This document shows positions 1 to 9,090 of a stretch of DNA of 64,000 nucleotides, one piece after another. The position numbers were made by a program, and so were the translations under genes. Source of the stretch: a virus; the IMG/VR virus record IMGVR_UViG_3300030616_000017, positions 83,159 through 147,158 of that record. One strand, given 5' to 3'. Within the stretch, counting starts at the first letter, position 1; each line of letters starts with the position of its first letter. The notes under the pieces are model-generated. The model worked only from the letters and a program-made list of their open reading frames with translations. It was not told the origin of the DNA and made no database searches.

Positions 1-2
1 TA

Positions 3-437
3 GATAAAGCTTTCGGAACTCATTTTTATGAAGAGCTGGAAACTCTGAAAGAGAAAGAAATTGCGGAACAGCCAGAAAAAGAAGAAAGAACCCCAAGCAG
101 GTCTGCTACGCCCTCTCCTTCACCGCAGCCTGAAGCTTCCACAGATGAGGCTCCTGCACCAGAAAAAGCAGAAGCCAGGCCAAGACCGAGACGTACCCCT
201 CCTGTAGAGGGGCAACTCAAAGAACCCAGCTTTGATGAAATTGCCAAGGAGAACAATTTTGTAGGAATGGACAAACTCACAGAAGAGATGAAAGCAATGA
301 TTACAGGGTACGATGATACTAAAGGCACATTCACCTACAGAACCGATGAAACTGTGTATAGTTGCGTCGACGAAAACTGTACTATGGAGTCCCCCGAATC
401 ATTTACTCATTGTCCGAAATGCGGCGCTGAATTTTAA
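3..437 (+). CDS. 3' part of a protein with Pro/Glu-rich linker and C-terminal Zn ribbon (5' truncated by window)
   Basis: Open frame from 3 to TAA 435-437, not in ORF track; ends YSCVDENCTMESPESFTHCPKCGAEF. Confidence 0.75.
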   Translation, partial: DKAFGTHFYEELETLKEKEIAEQPEKEERTPSRSATPSPSPQPEASTDEAPAPEKAEARPRPRRTPPVEGQLKEPSFDEIAKENNFVGMDKLTEEMKAMITGYDDTKGTFTYRTDETVYSCVDENCTMESPESFTHCPKCGAEF

Positions 438-462
438 GATAAGATTTTTTAGATAATTTAAA

Positions 463-508
463 TGCAGGGTACCGAAATGAAAATATTTTTGGTATCCTGC
501 TTTTTTTA
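463..508 (+). terminator. intrinsic terminator
   Basis: GCAGGGTACCGAA...TTTGGTATCCTGC stem (with G-U pairs) followed by T7. Confidence 0.65.
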
Positions 509-525
509 TTGACTAATAAAAATAG

Positions 526-1035
526 ATGAAAGAAAAAGATTTAAATACAGTGATAAATAATTCATTTAAGTGTTTGGGCTTTTCACATAAGATTTCAGAT
601 CCTATGGGAGGACAAGGAAGTCAAAATCCGTTTGATGGTTTTTCTGTATGTTTCGACCAGGCCTGGTACTGGGAAAGCAAGTTAATTAAAGAGGGCTACT
701 ACGCCTTTAATTTTAATAAAATAGAAGAACATCAGTGGGGGAATCTCCTGCGTATCAAAAAAGAGATGCCAACCGCTAACTGTGTGATTATTGTAGGGTT
801 TTGGGCTTCCAGATCTTTTTTTGAGTATTTGGTATTTGATGTTGTTTGTTTGTGGAAAATGAAGAATCAAGGTCAAAAATCAATTAAGAAAACAGAGTTG
901 GAGAAGTTGCGAAAAAAAGGATATAATATGATTATTAAAAAGAATAAAAACACTAACAAGCTTATGACAGAGAACATGGAAGCAATACAAAATAAAATTA
1001 TCACGTGCGAGGTGTTACAACATGCAGATAGTTAA
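526..1035 (+). CDS. RecU-like Holliday junction resolvase (PD-(D/E)xK)
   Basis: PFDGF...WESK catalytic motif, FNFNKIEEHQ segment typical of RecU-like nucleases. Confidence 0.6.
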   Translation: MKEKDLNTVINNSFKCLGFSHKISDPMGGQGSQNPFDGFSVCFDQAWYWESKLIKEGYYAFNFNKIEEHQWGNLLRIKKEMPTANCVIIVGFWASRSFFEYLVFDVVCLWKMKNQGQKSIKKTELEKLRKKGYNMIIKKNKNTNKLMTENMEAIQNKIITCEVLQHADS

Positions 1036-1864
1036 TACGAAAAAAACTACGAAACAAGGGGTGCTCTATTACCGCACTTGTGCCTATTGCGGCAATGTAG
1101 TCACTTATTACCACACAAACAAACCCACCCACTGCCCCTATTGTGGAGCTTCTAAGTTTGTAAAACCAAAAACAGAAACAACACTTTTTCTTCTTCAAAA
1201 GAAGTATTTTGATTCGGGAAGAGACCCCGCCGTTCTAGCTGAGTTATATAAAAAAATGAAACCGTATACTATTAGTCTTATAAAAAAAGGTCCCCTAAAA
1301 AACTTTTATTATGAATATGATGATCTGGACATTAAAGCTTCTGAAGCTACAAGTCTTGTGATAGAATACTATTTGGCCAAGCCCGCATTTAAGATAGAAA
1401 GTTCTTTCGGAGGTTATTTAAATTATAAAATTAAAGAAGTGTTTTACAATAAGGTCGACCAAAAAGAAGATCAAATGTTATCTCTAAATGGGCTGATTCC
1501 CAATCAAGAAGGTAAAACCAAAGAAGTACAAGACCTATCTATGCAAATGAACCTCCAACCTATTTTTTACGACGAAAATAAACACCTTCGATACGAAAGG
1601 AATAAAAAAGAAGTATTGGAGGGAGTATATAAAATAATCGATTTAATTTACAATACAGCGAGACAAGAATTGTCGGTTAAAGATGCAACCTTCGTAATAC
1701 TAGGTATTTTAATAAGGGTGCAGAAAGATGGTTTAAGAAACATAGATGCATATTACCATTTATTTGGCAGCAAATACAAAAAACACGTAGATAAGGCTCT
1801 CCTATTTCTTTATGAATTTATTAAGGAGAGCGAACAACACCATGAGGAATGGGATCATGAATAA
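1022..1864 (+). CDS. Zn-ribbon + sigma-factor-like protein
   Basis: N-terminal CxxC-x14-CxxC; region-2-like stretch ELYKKMKPY...YDDLD...SSFGGYLNYKIK. Confidence 0.45.
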   Translation: MQIVNTKKTTKQGVLYYRTCAYCGNVVTYYHTNKPTHCPYCGASKFVKPKTETTLFLLQKKYFDSGRDPAVLAELYKKMKPYTISLIKKGPLKNFYYEYDDLDIKASEATSLVIEYYLAKPAFKIESSFGGYLNYKIKEVFYNKVDQKEDQMLSLNGLIPNQEGKTKEVQDLSMQMNLQPIFYDENKHLRYERNKKEVLEGVYKIIDLIYNTARQELSVKDATFVILGILIRVQKDGLRNIDAYYHLFGSKYKKHVDKALLFLYEFIKESEQHHEEWDHE

Positions 1865-2309
1865 CAAAGAAGAAAAAAGAGAATATAAAAATGTTTGGGA
1901 ATATAGAGTAAAAGAATATTTCAGAAAAAAAGAAAAACAACACCAAAATAATTCTTCCACCATACTGTGGGAGATTGTTAATTTGGTTCTTTACGAAAGC
2001 ACCAAAGATCGACTATTGGTGGACTTGTACAATGTATTAGACAAAGAGAATTTTGTAAAAGTTATTTCCCTTCTCGACGGCCGTACTTTCAAATGCCCTA
2101 CTAAAAAAGAGTTAGAAGAAACCCTTTTACTAGCTTTGTTGTATTACGAGAGGGAGGTAGAGCATAAGAGTTGGGGGGAAATACAAAAGACATTCGACTT
2201 CCCCGTCTCGTCTATTAAGTATGGTATAAGGATTAAAAATCTAAACAACTGGATTAAACAAAAAATACAAGAGTTGATACGAGCTCAAGTAGGAGAAAGC
2301 AATGGATGA
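1857..2309 (+). CDS. hypothetical protein
   Basis: ORF track; ATG 1857 overlaps the upstream stop. Confidence 0.6.
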   Translation: MNNKEEKREYKNVWEYRVKEYFRKKEKQHQNNSSTILWEIVNLVLYESTKDRLLVDLYNVLDKENFVKVISLLDGRTFKCPTKKELEETLLLALLYYEREVEHKSWGEIQKTFDFPVSSIKYGIRIKNLNNWIKQKIQELIRAQVGESNG

Positions 2310-2763
2310 AGAAACTAAACAAGAGACACAAGAACTTATAAATACACTGAAAAATAAAGATATAGCAGAGGAAATTAAAACCGTCCAAGCGCAAAGTCCT
2401 GTGCAGCAATTGAGAGAAAGTTTATTTAACTTTTTTGACAGCCGATTAAAGGCTATCGAGAAAGAAGACGATTTCCTCCGGGTGGTGAGGGAAGCCCTGA
2501 TAGCTAAGGTAGAAACAGATGAGATGTCTACCGCCCAACTTATGCAACTTTTTAATCAAATTAAAAATCAAAGCAGCAAGTCATTAGAAGTATTACTAAA
2601 TGCATTTAAGCCAACCGAAGGGGATTCTACTATTATGGGGTCTAGTTCTCACCCGGATACAGATAGAGCTATTGAGGAATTCAATAATCTTTCCCCCGAT
2701 CAAAAAGATAATCTGAATAAGATTGCTAATCTGTTGGAGATTATGAAACAAAGTAGCGAATAG
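2302..2763 (+). CDS. hypothetical helical protein
   Basis: ORF with AGGAG SD. Confidence 0.65.
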   Translation: MDEETKQETQELINTLKNKDIAEEIKTVQAQSPVQQLRESLFNFFDSRLKAIEKEDDFLRVVREALIAKVETDEMSTAQLMQLFNQIKNQSSKSLEVLLNAFKPTEGDSTIMGSSSHPDTDRAIEEFNNLSPDQKDNLNKIANLLEIMKQSSE

Positions 2764-2766
2764 TAC

Positions 2767-2795
2767 TTTACTATTCACAATAAAGTAGTTATATT
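2767..2795 (+). promoter_or_regulatory. sigma70-like promoter (representative of 17 copies)
   Basis: TTTACT-17-TATATT; other -35 starts at 8678, 9296, 12657, 14560, 16664, 17769, 21428, 25564, 29954, 33824, 38056, 41904, 44842, 47397, 50644, 57202. Confidence 0.8.
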
Positions 2796-2802
2796 ATATA
2801 AG

Positions 2803-3381
2803 ATGTTACCATATTTATCATACAAAGATTATACTGAATTTTACAATAGGAATGGGCGTACGGTTGACCAAATGGTTAAACCCAAGAACCCACTTAGCGA
2901 AAGGCAACTCCATTCGAAATACGAAAAGTATTTGAAAAAGTTGGATAAGCAAACCGCTAAGATAGAAAGGGGTATGAAAAAATCTCTTAAACCCTCTAAG
3001 ACTAAGATTGACGAGGCGTGGAAAAAAGTAGCCACTAAAGTGAGAAGAAGAGATAGAGTATGCCAACTTTGGCCTCGTCTCTTCGCTAATGAGCAGAACG
3101 AAGTAATAACATCTACTGGCTATTTTTTACTAGACATTACAGATCCTGCTCACATTTTTAGTAGAGGTTCGTACCCCCATATGAAATATGACGAAGAAAA
3201 TGTAGTATTGTTATCACGTCTTTTTCATAGCCGCATTGATCAACTCCAAGATCCTGTTACAGGAGAGTCAATTAGCCCTGAAGAAAGGCAACAGTGGTGG
3301 ATACGCATTGTAGGTAAAAATCGTTACGACAAATTATATAACAAAGCTCACAAGAAGGAAAAAGAGGAAACGAATGGCTAA
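2803..3381 (+). CDS. NinG/HNH-like nuclease-fold protein
   Basis: VRRRDRVCQ...DPAHIFSRG...DEENVVLL..FHSRID pattern. Confidence 0.5.
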   Translation: MLPYLSYKDYTEFYNRNGRTVDQMVKPKNPLSERQLHSKYEKYLKKLDKQTAKIERGMKKSLKPSKTKIDEAWKKVATKVRRRDRVCQLWPRLFANEQNEVITSTGYFLLDITDPAHIFSRGSYPHMKYDEENVVLLSRLFHSRIDQLQDPVTGESISPEERQQWWIRIVGKNRYDKLYNKAHKKEKEETNG

Positions 3382-4507
3382 AAGACCAAAAAAAGAACAA
3401 GAAGCAACTACACCCGATGTAACAAAAGAATTAAATTCACTTATGAATTCAATTAACAAAGCTTACGGAGATGGCATAGTACAAATAGGCGAAAGCGTAA
3501 TGAATCAAAAAGTGGAAAGATGGGAAATTGATTCTCCGAACGTGTCTTATGTGTTAGGAGGAGGAATTCCTAAAGGACGTATTATAGAGTTGTACGGGCC
3601 GGAGAGTTCTGGCAAAACAACATTAGCTACTTTTATGGCCGCTCAGATTCAGCAGAGAGGTGGAAAAGTAGCTGTTATAGACGCTGAACATGGTTTCGAT
3701 ATGGAGTATGCAGAAACGCTCGGCTTGAAAAAAGAAGAGGTAGTTTTCTCTCAACCCAGCTCAGGAGAGCAAGCCCTCAATGTTACACAAAAAATGGCTG
3801 AATCCGGTTTAATCGATTTTATCGTTATAGATTCTGTTGCTGCTCTCACGCCCGAAGCAGAAATTGCAGGAGAAATGGGCGACCAGACTATGGGTCTTCA
3901 AGCTCGTTTGATGGGGAGAGCTTTAAGAAAACTCATCGCTGTTTGCAACGAAACAAAAACTACTCTTTGTTTTATTAACCAAATCAGAATGAAAATCGGG
4001 GTATTGTATGGTAACCCCGAAACCACTCCTGGAGGCAAAGCCCTCAAATTCTACAGTTCTGTTCGTCTTGAAATCCGTAAAGTAGAGTGGATCAAAGAGA
4101 AACAAGAAGTAATAGGAGTTACTTCTCGTGTAAAGGGGGCTAAGAATAAAGTAGCACCTCCTTTTAGAAAAGCGGAAATAAATATTATTTTTGGAAAAGG
4201 ACTGCAATACGAAATGGAATACGTAGACCATGCCATCACCTACGACATTGTAAAGAAAGGAGGGGCGTGGTATAGTGTATTTGATGAAAAGGGGGAATTC
4301 ATAGATAAGTTTCAAGGCAAAGACAATCTTGTGGCTTATCTAAAAGAGAACGATGATGTATTCTCTCTCATCAAAGAACAAACTAAAAAAGCTATTGCAG
4401 GTAAGGTTATTAACGAGGTAGAGGAGGAAGAAAATGAACAAGCATTTGAAACCGATGAAATCGATTCCAATAGACTACAAGAAGATGGCTTACAATCAAC
4501 TGATTGA
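3374..4507 (+). CDS. recA: recombinase A
   Basis: GPESSGKT Walker A, IDAEH, DSVAAL, GLQARLM, NQIRMKIG, ETTPGGKALKFYSSVR. Confidence 0.98.
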   Translation: MAKRPKKEQEATTPDVTKELNSLMNSINKAYGDGIVQIGESVMNQKVERWEIDSPNVSYVLGGGIPKGRIIELYGPESSGKTTLATFMAAQIQQRGGKVAVIDAEHGFDMEYAETLGLKKEEVVFSQPSSGEQALNVTQKMAESGLIDFIVIDSVAALTPEAEIAGEMGDQTMGLQARLMGRALRKLIAVCNETKTTLCFINQIRMKIGVLYGNPETTPGGKALKFYSSVRLEIRKVEWIKEKQEVIGVTSRVKGAKNKVAPPFRKAEINIIFGKGLQYEMEYVDHAITYDIVKKGGAWYSVFDEKGEFIDKFQGKDNLVAYLKENDDVFSLIKEQTKKAIAGKVINEVEEEENEQAFETDEIDSNRLQEDGLQSTD

Positions 4508-4601
4508 GGTTATCTATTACAGCCAGTTGGAATTAGAAGAAAGGGGAACCAAAACCTCTTGTAAGGAAAACTCGCTAAGACAAAAATATATAAGACAATA
4601 A
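4434..4601 (+). CDS. small hypothetical protein (55 aa) overlapping recA 3' end
   Basis: GAGGAGG SD then ATG 4434; fills the gap to the MazG gene. Confidence 0.45.
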   Translation: MNKHLKPMKSIPIDYKKMAYNQLIEVIYYSQLELEERGTKTSCKENSLRQKYIRQ

Positions 4602-4617
4602 AAGGAGTACAACAATA

Positions 4618-5004
4618 ATGGATTGGAGTGAATATCAGGAAGGTACAACAGCAACAGCCATGTTTAAGAATTCTGTAAAGGATATTATTCTTTTTGATAG
4701 AGAGGAAGGACAGAGCAATCAGAGAGTATTGAATTCCTTAGAGTTAAGTTACATAGGCCTAGGTTTAGGAGAAGTAGGAGAAATTCAGAATAAGCTTAAA
4801 AAGATTATTCGTGATGATAAAGGGATTATTAGAGAAGAGGTCCGCAAGGATTTGTTAAAAGAAGCAGGAGACGCTCTTTATTATCTTACACAATTAGTTG
4901 ATAAGCTTGGAGGAACATTAGAAGAAACAGCTCAGGATAATCATGATAAACTTTTTTCACGAATGGATAGAGGGGTTATTCAGGGTTCTGGTGATAATAG
5001 ATAA
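4618..5004 (+). CDS. MazG-like NTP pyrophosphohydrolase
   Basis: GLGEVGEI..KLKKIIRD...KEAGDALYY, GSGDNR C-terminus. Confidence 0.85.
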   Translation: MDWSEYQEGTTATAMFKNSVKDIILFDREEGQSNQRVLNSLELSYIGLGLGEVGEIQNKLKKIIRDDKGIIREEVRKDLLKEAGDALYYLTQLVDKLGGTLEETAQDNHDKLFSRMDRGVIQGSGDNR

Positions 5005-5021
5005 AAAGTATAAGGAGTAGT

Positions 5022-7328
5022 ATGGTGGAGAAGTTTACGTTCAAGCAGAACATAAGTGAAGAAATATTTGAACAAAAATATAATCTGTATAATCAAGCAA
5101 CTGTAGAAGATGTCATGGAGAGCGTTGCTGAAGAAGTGGCTTTAGCAGAAGAAACAAAAGAAGATGTGGAAAAATGGAAAAGTGTTTTTTATGATGAGTT
5201 AATAAGTACGCGATTAATCCCTGCAGGCCGTATTCTTGCGAATGCAAGACCTTTTTCCACCATGAAAAATTACAACAATTGTTTTACCATTGATGTAGAA
5301 GATAATATGGAGGGAATTTATCAATCCATCTATGAAGATGCTATGATAAGTAGAACAGGAGGAGGAGTAGGGTTTGATATTTCTAAATTACGCCCCAAAA
5401 ATTCTCCTCTTTCTAAGTTACAGGGGGCTGTCAGTTCTGGTCCTATGTCTTTTCTGCGTATTTTTAACGAAAGTGCTAAAATTATTCAGACAGGGGGTTA
5501 TAGAAGAAGTGCTCATATAGCCCTTATGGATATTTCTCACCCAGATATTGAAGAATTCATTACTGCTAAAAGAGGAGATATAAATAAAGAGTTTACTCAG
5601 TTTAATATATCTGTAAAAATACCAGACGCTTTTATGAAAGCGGTAAAAGATGATGCAGATTGGGATTTAGAGTTTGAAGGAACGGTTTATAAAACAGTCA
5701 AAGCCCGCCATTTATACAAGCTTCTTTCTGATAACGCTTTTATGCACAATGAACCCGGTGTATTTTATTCTGATACCGTTGAAAAGTATAATAACGGCTG
5801 GTGGGCATTTAAACTTGATCGTGTTAATCCCTGTGGCGAGATCGTAATGCCTCCTTATTCACTCTGTTGTTTGAGCGCGGTTAATTTATCTCAATTTGTA
5901 AGAAACCCTTTCGAAAAGGAAGCCGCTTTTGATTACAAAGCTTATGCGGAAACAGTCCGAGTAGGAATTAGATTTTTAGATAATGTGTTGGAGCGCACAG
6001 ATTATCCCCTTGAGCGAATTGAAGAGTTTTCAAAGGAATGGAGAAGAATAGGTTTAGGTATTACAGGCTTAGGAGATGCCTTTGCTATGCTAGGAATAAA
6101 GTATGGCAGTAAAGAATCTAAAATACTAGCTGAAGCGATTGCAGAAACGCATATGGTAGAGTCTTATACTACCAGTGTAGAGCTTGCTAAAGAAAAAGGG
6201 CCTTTTTTAGCTTGTGATAAGAAAAAGCTATCTCAAAGCGCCTTCATTACAAACAGACTTCCTGAAAGCTTGCAGAAGAAAATAGCAAAAGTGGGTTTAA
6301 GGAATATCGCTCTTAATACAATTGCACCTACCGGCACCATTTCTTTTTCTATAGGGCAGAACTGCAGTAGTGGAGTAGAACCCATCTTTTCTCTTCAGTA
6401 TGATAGAAATATCAGAACAGGAAGAGGGGACGAAACAAGAACAGAAACAGTGTATGATTATGCTTGGTTGAAATATATAGAGCATCTAGGAGAAAATCAT
6501 TTAGAGTTTAATGGAGATGTTCCTGAGTTTTTTAATACGACGCTAAATATTGATCCTTATGACGCTATTGATATCCAAGCTATTTGGCAAACGTATATTG
6601 ATCACTCTATCTCCAAAACTCTCAATTTACCCAAAGGAACTAAAAAAGCAGATTATGATAAACTTTTTGAGTATGCTTACGAAAAAGGTCTTAAAGGGTT
6701 TACAACATTTAATCCTGAAGGTTCTATGAAGGGCGTGCTAGAATATAACGAAGCGAAAGAAGAGCAGGTAGATGAATTCGGCCGTCCGCTTACTATTAAT
6801 AGAACTAATGCTCCAAAGCGCCCTAAAGAGCTACAATGTGATATGCATCAAATCGTAGTGAATAAAGAAAAACATTTGGTGTTAATAGGAAGATTAGACG
6901 ATGGGTCTATTTATGAAGTATTTGTTACTCCTAATACCGACAACCAAATTGACATAGGAACATATAAAAAAGGCCTGCTGAGAAAAGTAAAGAAAGGGCA
7001 TTATCAGTTGGTTGTCGTGAATGGAGAAGAGAAGAAGATTATTGAAGATATTGGAAAACAGTTTAATGAACTTTATGGCTCCCTCTCTCGTTTTATATCT
7101 ATGGGGCTAAGGCATGGAATTGATCTTCAGTTTGTAATTACACAGCTTCAAAAAGATACTTCTTTTGCTTCATTTGAAAAAGCTGTCGCAAGAGTGCTTA
7201 AAAAATATCTGAGAGAAGGAGAGAAGGTAAAAATCTCAGAGGCATGCCCCGTGTGTGATTCAACTAATCTCTTTTTCAAAGAAGGCTGTATGACTTGTGC
7301 TGATTGTGGGTGGTCAAAATGCAGTTAG
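5022..7328 (+). CDS. nrdJ: class II (B12-dependent) ribonucleotide reductase with C-terminal Zn ribbon
   Basis: NNCF, GGGVG, NPCGE, TIAPTGT, SSGVEP; C-terminal CPVC..C..CGWSKC; no adjacent nrdB. Confidence 0.88.
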   Translation: MVEKFTFKQNISEEIFEQKYNLYNQATVEDVMESVAEEVALAEETKEDVEKWKSVFYDELISTRLIPAGRILANARPFSTMKNYNNCFTIDVEDNMEGIYQSIYEDAMISRTGGGVGFDISKLRPKNSPLSKLQGAVSSGPMSFLRIFNESAKIIQTGGYRRSAHIALMDISHPDIEEFITAKRGDINKEFTQFNISVKIPDAFMKAVKDDADWDLEFEGTVYKTVKARHLYKLLSDNAFMHNEPGVFYSDTVEKYNNGWWAFKLDRVNPCGEIVMPPYSLCCLSAVNLSQFVRNPFEKEAAFDYKAYAETVRVGIRFLDNVLERTDYPLERIEEFSKEWRRIGLGITGLGDAFAMLGIKYGSKESKILAEAIAETHMVESYTTSVELAKEKGPFLACDKKKLSQSAFITNRLPESLQKKIAKVGLRNIALNTIAPTGTISFSIGQNCSSGVEPIFSLQYDRNIRTGRGDETRTETVYDYAWLKYIEHLGENHLEFNGDVPEFFNTTLNIDPYDAIDIQAIWQTYIDHSISKTLNLPKGTKKADYDKLFEYAYEKGLKGFTTFNPEGSMKGVLEYNEAKEEQVDEFGRPLTINRTNAPKRPKELQCDMHQIVVNKEKHLVLIGRLDDGSIYEVFVTPNTDNQIDIGTYKKGLLRKVKKGHYQLVVVNGEEKKIIEDIGKQFNELYGSLSRFISMGLRHGIDLQFVITQLQKDTSFASFEKAVARVLKKYLREGEKVKISEACPVCDSTNLFFKEGCMTCADCGWSKCS

Positions 7329-7357
7329 TTTTTAAGATATTAGCTACTAATATAAAA

Positions 7358-7430
7358 ATGGTAGACATTGTAGATCGGGATAATTTTTATTGACTCATTT
7401 TAATACCCCCTTCGTGGAGGTATTTTTTTT
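7358..7430 (+). promoter_or_regulatory. putative leader peptide (MVDIVDRDNFY*) + attenuator upstream of uracil permease
   Basis: ATG 7358 just after ACTAATATA motif, TGA 7391-7393, hairpin AATACC..GGTATT 7402-7424 running into a T tract. Confidence 0.4.
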
Positions 7431-7457
7431 GGGTAAAAACAACTATAGGAGGTTGGA

Positions 7458-8669
7458 ATGAAACTTTTCACAGAAACATGGAAACAAAAGATGCAGGATA
7501 TCATTGTAGGTATTCAGTATCTTTTCGTAGCGGCAGGAGCAACAATTCTTGTTCCTCTGTTAACAGGTATTCCTGTATCAGTATGCGTAGTGACAGCTGG
7601 TATAGGGACTCTTATTTTTCACTTCATTACGGGTAAGGGAGTACCTGTTCTTCTTTCTTCATCGTTTGCATTTATTGCGCCGATTGTGGCTGTAAAAGAA
7701 CTATATGGTTTGCCTTTTGCATACGGAGGAGTTATTGTAGCTGGTTTATTGTACTTACTGTTTGCAGCTCTTATCTATTTTGTTGGGTTAGAGTTTATTA
7801 AAAAACTATTTCCCACCCCTGTGACAGCAACGATGGTAATTCTAATCGGTTTAATTTTAGCTCCTGTTGCGATTTCAAGTGCTTCACAAAACTGGATTAT
7901 TGCTTTGATTACTCTTGCTGCTGGAGCTGCTATTAAAGTTGTGTGGGATAATAAATTCATTGGCTCATTAGCTATAATTGGAGCAATGGCTGTAGGATAT
8001 CTTGTTTCAATAGCAGCAGGAATTGTAGATGTAAGCGCTGTTCAAGCAGCTGCGCTTGTAGGTGTTCCTGAATTTCAATTACCTCAATTTAATGCAAACG
8101 CTATTATGATTATTGCTCCGATTGCTATTGTAACATTTCTAGAACATTTTGCAGATATTTCCGCAGTGAGTAAAGTAGTTGAAAAAGATTTTCTAAAAGA
8201 TCCTGGTGTACATAAAACATTGATAGGCGATGGTATAGCAACAGCAATTGCTGGTTGTTTAGGAGGTTGTCCTAATACCACGTATTCAGAAAATATAGGG
8301 GCATTAGAGATTACAGGAGTTAAGAGAGCTAGCGTACTAAGAATAACAGCTATAGCTTTAATCGTGGTAGGGTTTCTTCCTAAGATTGCATACCTTATTC
8401 ATTCTATTCCTGCTCCTGTTGTGGGAGGAATCAGCATTCTTCTTTTCGGTCTTATCTCAGCAAATGGAGTTAAAAACCTAGTACAAGAACAAATTGATCT
8501 CAAAGATCATAAGAACCTCTTTATTATAGCGTCCATGTTAATTGTTGGTGCTGGAGGCTCAGTTATTGAAATAGGTTCAGTTACATTTTCCAGCTTAGCT
8601 CTTGCAGCTCTTGTAGGTATAGTGATGAACGTAGCGTTCAATTGGAAAACTTTTTTCAAAAAAAGTTAA
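7458..8669 (+). CDS. uraA: NCS2/NAT family uracil permease
   Basis: Polytopic membrane protein; LSSSFAF, LEHFAD, NAT signature TYSENIGALEITGV. Confidence 0.88.
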   Translation: MKLFTETWKQKMQDIIVGIQYLFVAAGATILVPLLTGIPVSVCVVTAGIGTLIFHFITGKGVPVLLSSSFAFIAPIVAVKELYGLPFAYGGVIVAGLLYLLFAALIYFVGLEFIKKLFPTPVTATMVILIGLILAPVAISSASQNWIIALITLAAGAAIKVVWDNKFIGSLAIIGAMAVGYLVSIAAGIVDVSAVQAAALVGVPEFQLPQFNANAIMIIAPIAIVTFLEHFADISAVSKVVEKDFLKDPGVHKTLIGDGIATAIAGCLGGCPNTTYSENIGALEITGVKRASVLRITAIALIVVGFLPKIAYLIHSIPAPVVGGISILLFGLISANGVKNLVQEQIDLKDHKNLFIIASMLIVGAGGSVIEIGSVTFSSLALAALVGIVMNVAFNWKTFFKKS

Positions 8670-8715
8670 GAAAGTAGTTGAAAAATCTCTTTCGCTTGGT
8701 TATATTATGAGGAGA

Positions 8716-8820
8716 GGGGGAGAAAATGGATTCGACTGCTACACTGCTGAAGCGACGAAAGGCCCAAAGTAACGAAAGCTGAGGTGTAGCAGGACTCGGG
8801 TTCGATGCCCGACTCCTCCA
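8716..8820 (+). ncRNA. ssrA: miniature tmRNA (tRNA-like domain only)
   Basis: GGGGGAG/CTCCTCC acceptor with G3.U70 and A73; GGATTCGAC; 9-bp H2 CTGCTACAC/GTGTAGCAG; GAC; T arm TCGGG-TTCGATG-CCCGA; 39-nt interior. Confidence 0.8.
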
Positions 8821-8833
8821 AAATAAAAAATAT

Positions 8834-8923
8834 GGGCAAGTGGCGAAGCTGGTTGAAACGCATGAGACTTAAAATCTCATACCCAAGCGGTAAACATCGT
8901 GGGTTCGATCCCCACCTTGCCTA
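8834..8923 (+). tRNA. tRNA-Leu(TAA)
   Basis: Cloverleaf, loop CT-TAA-AA, long variable arm. Confidence 0.93.
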
Positions 8924-8927
8924 ATAT

Positions 8928-9001
8928 GGCACCTTAGCTCAGCTGGATAGAGCATGAGATTTCTAATCTCAGGGTCACAGGTTCGAATCCTGTAGGTGTC
9001 A
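8928..9001 (+). tRNA. tRNA-Arg(TCT)
   Basis: Cloverleaf, loop TT-TCT-AA. Confidence 0.95.
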
Positions 9002-9017
9002 TACTAATATAAAAAAT

Positions 9018-9090
9018 GGACCGTTAGCTCAGTCGGTAGAGCAACGCACTTTTAATGCGTAGGTCACAGGATCGTAGCCTGTACGGTTCA
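9018..9090 (+). tRNA. tRNA-Lys(TTT)
   Basis: Cloverleaf, loop CT-TTT-AA; atypical T loop ATCGTAG. Confidence 0.9.

Noticed and set aside
26-334. 102-aa minus-strand ORF
   Set aside because: Shadow of the + strand partial gene 3-437.
3374-7328. Inteins or introns in recA or nrdJ
   Set aside because: Normal lengths, continuous motifs, no splice-junction motifs seen.
8745-8783. Hammerhead ribozyme in the mini-tmRNA insert (CTGA...GAAA)
   Set aside because: The core CUGANGA and the required three stems are not satisfied.
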